Source: an uncultured Acidimicrobiales bacterium
GTDB lineage: Bacteria > Actinomycetota > Acidimicrobiia > Acidimicrobiales > UBA10347
Assembly (NCBI GenBank): GCA_943788915.1
Contig: CALSSD010000012.1
Location: 1-64,000, forward strand
Reading direction: 5' to 3'
DNA: 64,000 nucleotides
The stretch's first letter is position 1. Every line of letters begins with the position of its first letter. A program made the translations under genes and the position numbers. Below, piece by piece: positions 40,049 to 49,095 of the stretch. A model generated the notes under the pieces. The model made no database searches, was not told the DNA's origin, and saw only the letters and a list, made by a program, of their open reading frames with translations.

Positions 40049-41059
40049 TCAGTCGATTTCGAACGCAGCGATAATTTGGGCTAGCGCATCGACTTTGGCT
40101 TCGGCCTGTTCGGCCCGCTCGTGGGCGTTGGCCTTGGCGGTCTCGGCGTTGGCACGAGCTTTTTCAGCTGTAGCTCGTTGGACCTGCACTACTGCTAGCG
40201 CTTGCTCGAGTGCCGCTTGTTCACGCGCAGTATCCGCGACAGCCTGGTCAGCGTGCGCGGCCTCGGCAGCCGCAACCTCTTCGGCATTGAGTGCAGCGAG
40301 GTGGGTCCCCAACGCTTCGCTGTGTTCCCTCTTGAGTGCAGTGAGTTTTCGTTGCCGTTCCTTCTCGGCTCGTTTGCGTTGTGGCTCGGCCTCGGCCTCG
40401 GCCGCTCGCCGTTTCTCCGCCGTAGCTGCTTCCTTCTCGGCAGCAGCCTGTTCCGCGGCTCCTTCTTCGTCTGCTTGGGGTTGGTCTTTGTCGTTCGAAG
40501 CTCGGCGGCGGACGCGTCGTGCCTCGAGTTCATCGACGGGCGGTGAAGGTTCCTCGGTCGCCGATGTTGGCGCAATTGCTGGCGAGGGAGGAGCGGTTCC
40601 GAACACCGACACCGTTGTCGGGACAACGACCAGGCAGCCGGATCGAAGATCGTCCTGTGAGGCCTCGTCGATTGTTGCGGCTTCAAGTGCGGCTCGGACT
40701 TCAGCTCGTCGTGTCGGCGCGGACTGTGAAAGCCCCCGGATCGCAGCTCGATACTGTTGTTGGAGTTCCGATGCATCGATGGTCGAACCCTCAAGTGCAC
40801 CGGTTTGAGCGGCACGCAAAAGCGTCGCCGCCTGCAAGATGAGATCAACGCCCTCCGGGTCGGCCCGCACGATGTGGTTTACCTCGGCGGCAACCATCGA
40901 GGGTTTTCGCAGTGTCTTGACTTCGTTTGCCAGATCCCGATTACCCGCCGCCCAGATCTGTTTGACTAAAAAATCGCGCTCAGCAACGAACGACTTGAGC
41001 GGGAGTCCGTACAGAAGCTCCTTTGCCTCGTCGAGTGATGTTGGGTCCGCTGGGTCCAC
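40049..41059 (-). CDS. Actinobacterial hypothetical protein with C-terminal coiled coil
   Basis: LYGLP..FVAER...LA.EVK.LRKPS..A pattern; Ala/Glu-rich tail; GTG 41059 preferred. Confidence 0.7.
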   Translation of the reverse strand: MDPADPTSLDEAKELLYGLPLKSFVAERDFLVKQIWAAGNRDLANEVKTLRKPSMVAAEVNHIVRADPEGVDLILQAATLLRAAQTGALEGSTIDASELQQQYRAAIRGLSQSAPTRRAEVRAALEAATIDEASQDDLRSGCLVVVPTTVSVFGTAPPSPAIAPTSATEEPSPPVDELEARRVRRRASNDKDQPQADEEGAAEQAAAEKEAATAEKRRAAEAEAEPQRKRAEKERQRKLTALKREHSEALGTHLAALNAEEVAAAEAAHADQAVADTAREQAALEQALAVVQVQRATAEKARANAETAKANAHERAEQAEAKVDALAQIIAAFEID

Positions 41060-41202
41060 TGGTGTTGCCTTGGTCGCTGGCCACAAACGTACCCGATGAA
41101 ACACGGTGGCTCGGCCAGAACCAGGTGCTAGACGGCTGAACAAGTTGCTCCGGGTGGTTTGTTCCGTGCTGGGTTTGTCGAGACCGGCTGTAGCTTGCTC
41201 AC

Positions 41203-42390
41203 GTGAGTGAGTCGAGTCCGCCGAATCCTTCGCGCCTCATCGCCGCAGTTTCACTCGCAACCATCGCCAGCGTGTTCCCCGGTCTTGCCAGTGGAGCGCT
41301 TGCCGTACAAGCGAGCGCCGATTTCGATGTCTCCGAAGGCACCTACGGTTGGGCGCTCGGTTCGTTCTTCATCGGTGCTGCAGTTACGTCACTGCCGCTG
41401 GGCAGGCTGGCGCAACGGCTCGGTCCACGGCGTCAGCTCTTGATTGGTCTCGCTGCGACCATGGCGATACAGCTCACGATTGCATTGCTCGTATCCAGTT
41501 TCGGGCAGATGCTCGCAATGCTCGCACTGGCGGGAGTGGCTAATTCGGGTGTCCAATCGGCAGTGAACCTTGCGTTGACGCAGGCGTCGCTGCCACGACT
41601 GGGTCTGGCCATTGCCACGAAACAAGCGGCCATGCCTGGTTCGGCGATGATTGGCGGGTTGGCGGTGCCAGTCGTTGCGCTCACACTTGGCTGGCGATGG
41701 TCCTATGTCGTGGGGGCTGCCATGGCTGCAGCTGCGATCACCCAGGTCCGCAGTTTCGTCATGCCAGCGATATCTACGCCTGTCACCACGACGCCTGAAG
41801 TGCGGGCAGTGAGCGCTGGTCAGTCGCCAACGCCCGCGTTGTACGGGGCTACCGTGGTGGTGTTCCTGTTTGCGTTCACGTCAGGGGCGATCAATGCGTG
41901 GACGGTTTCATCGGGGGTTGATGCCGGTCTTTCCGAGGGAGTTGCCGGCGTGGTCATCAGCGCGGCCGCAGGTACCGGTATTGCGGTGCGATTGCTGATC
42001 GGCAGCCGCATAGACGCCAGCCATACCCCGCCGTTCCGAGCGGCAGCGTTGCTCTACATCGTCGGTATCGCTGGCTTTGCACTCGCAGCAGTGCGGCTGC
42101 CAGCACTTCATGTGGCTGCGTCGATCCTGGCGTTTGGTGGGGGATGGATATGGCCGGTGGCCACGAACTACGCAATCGTGACCGCCAACCGGCGCAACGC
42201 CGCAGCGGCCACTGGGCTGACGCAGACTGGTGTGTACGTCGGCGTCTTTAGTGCCCCGATCGTGACCGGTCGGATCATCGACTCAGCGGGTTACCCAACG
42301 ATGTGGCTGGTCGTCGCATCGGTGGGAGTGATCGCCGCGATTGGAGCAGTGATTCTCTCACCCCAGTTCCCCCGACCAACGTTGGGCTAG
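41203..42390 (+). CDS. MFS transporter
   Basis: About 12 hydrophobic segments; GRLAQRLGPR motif A. Confidence 0.9.
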   Translation: MSESSPPNPSRLIAAVSLATIASVFPGLASGALAVQASADFDVSEGTYGWALGSFFIGAAVTSLPLGRLAQRLGPRRQLLIGLAATMAIQLTIALLVSSFGQMLAMLALAGVANSGVQSAVNLALTQASLPRLGLAIATKQAAMPGSAMIGGLAVPVVALTLGWRWSYVVGAAMAAAAITQVRSFVMPAISTPVTTTPEVRAVSAGQSPTPALYGATVVVFLFAFTSGAINAWTVSSGVDAGLSEGVAGVVISAAAGTGIAVRLLIGSRIDASHTPPFRAAALLYIVGIAGFALAAVRLPALHVAASILAFGGGWIWPVATNYAIVTANRRNAAAATGLTQTGVYVGVFSAPIVTGRIIDSAGYPTMWLVVASVGVIAAIGAVILSPQFPRPTLG

Positions 42391-42411
42391 AGCCCCCTGC
42401 AGCCGTGTGGT

Positions 42412-43605
42412 TCAGTCTTTGGGCTGCTGAACGATGCCTTGTTCGATCAAGTTGGCAATCTCTTGATCGGTTCGACCGAGTGACTGAAGCACCTCGAAGG
42501 TGTGTTCGCCGTGCGCTGGGCTGTGCGACGCTGGCTGCAAACGATCCCCACCGAAACGCGCCGGCGGCTTGACTCGCACCATGGAACCCAGACGAGGATG
42601 GGTGTCCACGTCGGTACTGTCATTCGCCTCATATTGTGGATGGGCAAGCACCTCGTGGTAATCGAGCGGGCGCGCAGCTGGAACATCGTTCTCGTGCAGC
42701 TTGCCGAGAAGATCCTCGGTCGAGAACGAGGCGATGCCCGCTCTGATCTCGAGGCGGAAGGCATCGACGTTTGCCATGATCTTGTCGATGGTGTTGAACC
42801 GCTCATCGGCGAACAACTCCAGTCGGTCGATAGCGGTTAGCAACCCCACCTGTTGGCCTGGGGTTGCCGCTGACACGGTCACACCGCCGTCGATAGTGCC
42901 AGCGATTTCGTAAAGCAGCTCGCTCAATGGTGCCTTGTGCTCGGCGTCCTCGTCGAGCAAGGTGTGGTGCATAAAACCGTCAGGGAACAGAAAATACAAA
43001 GCCGAGTCGAGCATCGACAGGTCGATGTGTTGGCCCTCGCCAGTCTTCTCTCGCACGTACAACGCCGTGGTTACGGCTTGGCAGGCGGTGTAGGCCGTGA
43101 CCTTGTCGCACATCAGGCTCTGCATGAACTCGGGGGCACCCTTGCCCTGCCCCTGGACGGCGGCGAACCCGGTTTGGGCTTGGATTATCGGGTCATAGGC
43201 AGGGGCATCACGATGTGGCCCCTCGGTGCCGAATCCAGACACACCGGCATAGATGAGCGCGGGGTTTAACGAACGCAGGTGTTCGCTGCCCAGGCCGATT
43301 CCATCCATGACCCCTGGCCGGTAGTTGGTCAAAACGACGTCGCTTTCGGCAGCAAGGTTCTCGATGATCTCGCGACCCGCATCGCTCTTCAGGTCTACGG
43401 ACAACGATCGTTTACCTCGGTTGCAGTTGGCAAACAGCGCCGAGAATCCTCCCTTGGCCGAACCCAGGTATCGCATAGGGTCACCGAGTTCGAGCGGTTC
43501 CACCTTGATGACTTCGGCACCTTGATCTGCCAACATCATCGCCGCAAACGACGCAGTGATCATGGTGGAGAATTCAAGTACGCGGATTCCATCGAGCGGT
43601 TTCAT
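42412..43605 (-). CDS. CoA-transferase family III (CaiB/BaiF)
   Basis: PLDGIRVLE, GAEVIKVEP, NRGKRS, NYRPG, AYDPIIQ. Confidence 0.93.
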   Translation of the reverse strand: MKPLDGIRVLEFSTMITASFAAMMLADQGAEVIKVEPLELGDPMRYLGSAKGGFSALFANCNRGKRSLSVDLKSDAGREIIENLAAESDVVLTNYRPGVMDGIGLGSEHLRSLNPALIYAGVSGFGTEGPHRDAPAYDPIIQAQTGFAAVQGQGKGAPEFMQSLMCDKVTAYTACQAVTTALYVREKTGEGQHIDLSMLDSALYFLFPDGFMHHTLLDEDAEHKAPLSELLYEIAGTIDGGVTVSAATPGQQVGLLTAIDRLELFADERFNTIDKIMANVDAFRLEIRAGIASFSTEDLLGKLHENDVPAARPLDYHEVLAHPQYEANDSTDVDTHPRLGSMVRVKPPARFGGDRLQPASHSPAHGEHTFEVLQSLGRTDQEIANLIEQGIVQQPKD

Positions 43606-43754
43606 GTCCGTACCCTATTCGAAATGCCTCTTCGGAATTGGAGAAGCGAACCACAACGCCCGTAGGGGCGGGAAGCGACGCGAGGCGAAGAAGCACTGGC
43701 ATGTCTCGGACGGCGCGTCATGACATGCTGGTGGGAAACGAACAGGAGCCTGCT

Positions 43755-45122
43755 GTGGGAAAATCGATCGACGTACTGACACAAGAGACTGTCGAGTTGC
43801 TGCAGCAGATGATCAGGAATCAGTGCGTCAACCACGGCACACCCGAATCGGGCAACGAGGACCGAAACGCTCGGCTGCTACGCGATGAGCTTGAAGGAAT
43901 CGGTGTTGACTTCGAGGTCATCGAGCCTGCGCCGGGGCGTTCATCGATGATCGCTCGTTACGAAGGCACAGATCCGAACGCTCCTTCGTTGTGCCTGATG
44001 GGCCACACCGACGTGGTGCCGGTCAGCCCCGATGGCTGGATGCATGACCCGTTCGGCGGTGAGCTGATCACGGCCGACGATGGCACCCCAGAGGTATGGG
44101 GTCGGGGCGCCGTCGACATGTTGAACCTCACGTCTTCGATGATGGTTGCATTCCGGGAGATCGTTCGCTCAGGCAAGCGTTATCCGGGCGACCTGATCTA
44201 TTTTGCTGTCGCCGACGAAGAGGCGGGCGGTGCCCTGGGAGCAAAGGAGATTGTCGACAATCACTGGGATGCGATCAAGTGCGACTACGTGCTCACCGAG
44301 AACGGCGGGATCACCACCTCGACCGCCGATGGCACCACGGTGATGATGACCACGGGGGAGAAGAAGGGTGCCTTCCGTCATCTCGAAATCAGCGGCGAGC
44401 CCGGCCATGGGTCTCGGCCATACCGCAGTGACAACGCGCTGGTGAAGGCGGCCAAGATCGTGACTCGTATGACCGAGTACGAGATCGCACCCAAACTCGA
44501 CGACATGTTCCGCGAACGGGTGCGGGCGCTTGGCCTGGGTGCCGAGATGGAGGACAAGCTCCTTGATCCAGATCAGGTCGACGCTGCGCTGGCCAGCCTG
44601 CCTCGGGGCACCGCAAGCAATCTGCATTCGTGCTGCCAAATGTCGTTCAGCCCCAACATGGTGAACAGCGGCGAGAAAGCCAACACGGTCCCCGACCGGG
44701 CAGACCTGTACGTCGACATTCGGGTGCTGCCCAGCGAGACACAAGACGATGCTGATCGCCATCTGCGGGCCATCATCGGCGAGGATCTGCTGCCGTCGGT
44801 GAAGATCAATCGGCTGTTCGACTCACCCGACGGGCCGTCGATGTCCAGCACCGACACGCCGTTGTGGTCAGCGTTGACCGACTCGGTACAGATGGCGTAT
44901 CCGACGGCTCGGGTTGTGCCTTCGATGGTCACAGGCGGAACCGACGCCCGTTTCTTTCGAGCCAAGGGTGTGCCTGCCTATGGCGCCGGCCTGCTCAGCA
45001 ACAAGGTCTCCTTTGCCGAATTCGGCAGCCGTTTCCACGGTCACAATGAACGCATCGACGTCGAGTCACTCAAACTCACCACCGAACTGTGGCTCAACGT
45101 CTGCAACCGACTCTGGGCCTAG
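43755..45122 (+). CDS. M20/M25/M40 metallopeptidase (paralog of 28486..29832)
   Basis: GHTDVVP, WGRGAVDM, ADEEAG, GGTDAR, FHGHNERI; AGGAG RBS before GTG 43755. Confidence 0.92.
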   Translation: MGKSIDVLTQETVELLQQMIRNQCVNHGTPESGNEDRNARLLRDELEGIGVDFEVIEPAPGRSSMIARYEGTDPNAPSLCLMGHTDVVPVSPDGWMHDPFGGELITADDGTPEVWGRGAVDMLNLTSSMMVAFREIVRSGKRYPGDLIYFAVADEEAGGALGAKEIVDNHWDAIKCDYVLTENGGITTSTADGTTVMMTTGEKKGAFRHLEISGEPGHGSRPYRSDNALVKAAKIVTRMTEYEIAPKLDDMFRERVRALGLGAEMEDKLLDPDQVDAALASLPRGTASNLHSCCQMSFSPNMVNSGEKANTVPDRADLYVDIRVLPSETQDDADRHLRAIIGEDLLPSVKINRLFDSPDGPSMSSTDTPLWSALTDSVQMAYPTARVVPSMVTGGTDARFFRAKGVPAYGAGLLSNKVSFAEFGSRFHGHNERIDVESLKLTTELWLNVCNRLWA

Positions 45123-45166
45123 AACTCGTGTCGCTGTTTGTGCGGGCAGCCCGATTCTTCTGAGCC

Positions 45167-46054
45167 TCAGGGTCCGGCCGGTGGCTCGGTGCCGAGCACC
45201 GACACTCGTTCGCCGTAACGGCTGTGTGGTTGGTAGTCCCAGACCGCGTGGTGTTGGGTGCAGCGGTTGTCCCACAGGGTGAGCGTGTTGGGTTCCCACT
45301 GCACCCGACAGTGCAGTCGCGGGGTGGTGGCGATATGCGCGAAAAGTGCATCGAGCAGCGCCTGGCTTTCCCACCGCCGTAACCCTTTGATGTGGGATGT
45401 GAAGCCGCTATTGACGTAGAGCACCTTCTTGCCGGTGACTGGGTGCACCGTGATGACCGAATGTTCACTTCGTGGATACCCACCCTCTGGAGGCGTTGAT
45501 CCGTAGGCGCCGACATAAGGCACGCCACCATCGTGGACGGCAGTGAGGCCCTCGAGGAACTGCTGCATTGCCGGTGATAACAGCTCATACGCCAGGTACA
45601 TGTCGGCAAACAACGTGTCGCCGCCACCGACCTCGGGCGTTTCGGTGATGTAGAGCGCAGATGCAAGGGGAGGGATTGCATCACACGTGACATCGGTGTG
45701 CCACGCATCGCCAGCGGTGTAGGGCGAATCTTTGGTGGTCTTGACGATAAGGATTTCGGGATCTGACTTTCGGGAGTAATTCATCGGATGCACGTGTAGG
45801 TCACCGAAGTAACGGCCGAACGCCTTGTGTGCCTCTCGGTCGAGATGCTGGTTTCGAAACACCAGAACGCCCCAGTCGGCGAAGGCCTGATGGAGGTCAT
45901 GCAGTTGTGGCGCATCGAGCGGTTGCGACAGATCGAGACCCTCGACCTGGGCCCCCAGGTGTGGCGTGAGCGTGCTGACCATGAAACTGTCATAACGCTC
46001 GGTCCCCGACTTGGGTTCCGACCCGATCCTTGGTGTTGCCTCGGTGATAGCCAT
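45167..46054 (-). CDS. TauD/TfdA Fe(II)/2-oxoglutarate dioxygenase
   Basis: WHTDVT, GGDTLF, HPVTG, WDNRCTQH. Confidence 0.93.
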   Translation of the reverse strand: MAITEATPRIGSEPKSGTERYDSFMVSTLTPHLGAQVEGLDLSQPLDAPQLHDLHQAFADWGVLVFRNQHLDREAHKAFGRYFGDLHVHPMNYSRKSDPEILIVKTTKDSPYTAGDAWHTDVTCDAIPPLASALYITETPEVGGGDTLFADMYLAYELLSPAMQQFLEGLTAVHDGGVPYVGAYGSTPPEGGYPRSEHSVITVHPVTGKKVLYVNSGFTSHIKGLRRWESQALLDALFAHIATTPRLHCRVQWEPNTLTLWDNRCTQHHAVWDYQPHSRYGERVSVLGTEPPAGP

Positions 46055-46249
46055 TGGTCATTCCTCGATGTGGTGATCTCGTGTTGCCTCACCTGCCAAG
46101 GCACGCAGCGCAGACCACGTATATCACGAGATGACGTTGGCATCGAACCCGATGGAAGTGCGTGTGCTCACCACAACGAACGGTGGCGTTGCTGGCCGAC
46201 GGTGGGTCGGTCTATCTCAGGCTGATGGCCATTGGAGGACCTCAGCTAT

Positions 46250-46978
46250 TCAGCCAATGGGGATGCGTTCCATGCCTGGGCCGTTTTCGTTGGTGTCACC
46301 CCAGTAATGAGGCAGCCGTAGATATCCCACTCGGGGCAGCTTCTGTGCCACGTCTAAACCCTGGTGCAGTTTCAGCCTTTGGATGGTGCGGACATGGGTC
46401 AGCATCTCGTAGAAGACCATCCACAGAGATGCTTCGAGCGAATAACGCAGGTGCCCGGCTTGGGCAGGATCTGGTCCAGCGCCTCGGGGTAAGGTGGTGA
46501 TGGCGTACTCCCAAAACGCTGTCCCTCGCACGCTGGTTAGATCGGCTCGTAGCATCTCGATTGGCTGTTCGGCAACAACTCGTTCAAGCCAACTAATCCC
46601 GACCTCCACTTTGGCGATCAGGTCAGGGATATCCCAGAACAGGTCTTCGTCGAGCACCCGATCCCACTTGGCTCCGGCCTTCGACATCACGTGGTCTTCC
46701 CACACAATCGGCGCAGGAACTTCACCGTCAGGCCACAGCAACCGGCCGCACCGTCGGCTGGTGAACACCAGCGCGTCCCAACCAATATGGGATACCTGCC
46801 GCCGGATCGACCACCACATCCACTCGTTCTCAGGACTGAGGTCATCGAAGTCGAGTTGCTCGTCGGTCAGCCCGGCGACCTCGGTCTGTATCCAGTCGAT
46901 CAGCCGCCGATACGGCGGCATGAGGGCCACCGATTCGTCGTCCGGCATCTCAACGATGTTCTGGTCAACGTGTGCCAT
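46250..46978 (-). CDS. DinB/YfiT-like protein
   Basis: GLTDEQL...WSIRRQVSH; C-terminal E...H...I; GAGGAG RBS, ATG 46978. Confidence 0.65.
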   Translation of the reverse strand: MAHVDQNIVEMPDDESVALMPPYRRLIDWIQTEVAGLTDEQLDFDDLSPENEWMWWSIRRQVSHIGWDALVFTSRRCGRLLWPDGEVPAPIVWEDHVMSKAGAKWDRVLDEDLFWDIPDLIAKVEVGISWLERVVAEQPIEMLRADLTSVRGTAFWEYAITTLPRGAGPDPAQAGHLRYSLEASLWMVFYEMLTHVRTIQRLKLHQGLDVAQKLPRVGYLRLPHYWGDTNENGPGMERIPIG

Positions 46979-47022
46979 GCTTTCGTCTCCTCGTCCTGTT
47001 TCTTCGTCTCGTCTGGTCGTCG

Positions 47023-47796
47023 TTAATAGATGCTGAAGCCGCCGTCGATTTTGATGACGTCGCCGGTGTGCCACCGTGAAGCATCACTCATCAAGTAGAT
47101 CGCGATCGCGCCGAAATCATCGGGTTGGCCCCAGCGGCGCATCGGGATCCGGGGGAGTACGTTGTCAACGAACTTCTGATACCCAAACGCCGCTTCGGTC
47201 ATCGCGGTTTCAATCCAGCCAGGAATGATCGCGTTGGCAGTGATCTTGTAACGAGCCATCTCGGTCGACAAACCCATCATCATGGCGATCATCGCGCCCT
47301 TGGTCGACGCATAAGCTTGACTTTTCGCAGCGCCCTGAATGGCCGTGCCACTCGACGTGAGTATCAGGCTTCCGCCTTCACCTTGGGCCACCATCTGGCG
47401 GGTAGCCGCTCGCAGCGTGAAGAACACACCGTGCAGGTTCACGTCGATGACGCTGAACCAGTCTTCGTTCGAGTGCTCATGAAACGGCTTGGCGTTGTTG
47501 CTGCTTACACCAGCGTTTGGGAAACAGGCATCGATACGGCCGTACCGCTCGATTACCGCTGCCATGGACTCTTCGACTTGTTCCTCGGAGGAGACATCAC
47601 ACGTGATGGCCGATGCGGATGGATTGATCGCTTGTAGCTCAGCTTCGGCCGCAGCGTTCTTGTCAGCATTTGTGCCCCAGATACTCACGTCGGCACCAGC
47701 GGCAGCAACTGCTCGGGCGAAACCCAGACCGATGCCGCTGTTGCCTCCCGTGATAACTGCTGTTTTGCCCGTTAGGTCGAATCCGTCGTAGCTCAT
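47023..47796 (-). CDS. Short-chain dehydrogenase/reductase
   Basis: TGGNSGIG, NAG, YASTK, PGWIET. Confidence 0.93.
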   Translation of the reverse strand: MSYDGFDLTGKTAVITGGNSGIGLGFARAVAAAGADVSIWGTNADKNAAAEAELQAINPSASAITCDVSSEEQVEESMAAVIERYGRIDACFPNAGVSSNNAKPFHEHSNEDWFSVIDVNLHGVFFTLRAATRQMVAQGEGGSLILTSSGTAIQGAAKSQAYASTKGAMIAMMMGLSTEMARYKITANAIIPGWIETAMTEAAFGYQKFVDNVLPRIPMRRWGQPDDFGAIAIYLMSDASRWHTGDVIKIDGGFSIY

Positions 47797-47966
47797 GAGC
47801 ACACACTACGTAGCACGTCGATATATTCGTAAAAGTTGGGTCCGGCTGCTGGTCTGGGCCAGCAAGCCTCGAAACCGAGGTGGCGCAGGACGTAGGGCCC
47901 TGGATAATGGCACGGGCGGTAGTGACCATAGCTGTGGCTCGGACCATCCGATCCGACCTGGCGAAT

Positions 47967-48985
47967 ATGAGTGTCGTGACCAATCTTCCGGTAACAACTG
48001 TCCTTGGAGCGGGGGCGTGGGGTACCGCGCTCGCGTCGTTACTGGCCGCCAAGGGGGTGTCAACGCGAATATGGGCACGAGAACCCGAGGTCGCAGCCGA
48101 TATTGGCATCCGTCACGAGAATCGACGATTCCTTGCAGGCTTCGACCTGCCAGCCGAGCTTGAGGCAACGAGCGATATTGCGTTGGCACTTCGAGACGCT
48201 GATGTAGTTGTCAACGCGGTGCCGACACAACACATGCGCTCGGTCCTGGAACCGGTATCCCGGGTTCTGGTGGCCGCCGGCTCCATCATCTCGGTATCGA
48301 AAGGTATCGAGATGGGCACACTTGCGACACCCCACCAAATTCTGGGCGAAATGGGCGTGGTCGCGGACAAGGTGGTTGCGCTGTCCGGCCCGTCATTCGC
48401 CGACGAGGTGGCGGCCGGTGAACCGACTGCGGTGACAGTCGCTGGTGTTGGCGCAACTTGTGTCCGCCAGGCACGAGACTTGTTCTCAACAACATCGTTT
48501 CGTGTGTATTCGTCGCCTGACATCATCAGTGTCGAACTTGGTGGTGCGCTCAAGAATGTCGTGGCGATTGCCGTGGGAATCTCTGACGGGATCGGGTTTG
48601 GGCGTAATACCAGAGCAGCGCTCATCGTCCGAGGCCTGGCGGAAATCACACGACTGGGGGAGGTGAGGGGCGGTGATGGGTTAACCCTGGGCGGGTTGTC
48701 TGGCGTCGGCGATCTGGTCTTGACCTGTACCGGTGACCTGTCGCGGAATAGAAACATCGGCATAGCAATCGGCCGAGGCGACCGACTGGCTGACATCTTG
48801 GCGTCGACCGACAAGGTTGCCGAAGGCGTCCAGACCAGCCTTGCTGCCCGGGAATGGGTTTGGAATCAGGCATTGAGTTGCCGATCACCAACGAGGTTTG
48901 TGCTGTGCTTCACAAAAATAAGGACCCGAGGCAGGCTGTACTTGATCTCATGTCCCGGGTGCAGCGTGATGAACGATGGAAGTAA
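47967..48985 (+). pseudogene. gpsA: NAD(P)H-dependent glycerol-3-phosphate dehydrogenase, frameshifted near 48855 (real or sequencing error)
   Basis: GAGAWGTALA, SGPSFA, GALKN, GDLVLTC..SRN, VAEG; the conserved tail GIELPITNEV...LMSR..RDE is in a shifted frame ending at TAA 48985. Confidence 0.85.
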
Positions 48986-49095
48986 CCCGTTATGCCACAG
49001 CGACATATGCGGCTAATGGCCACCAGGCGGTCGGTGCCATAGTGTCAGAGGCAATGGTAGACCAGCACATCCCTACGTCCAGGTAGTCAACTCTC

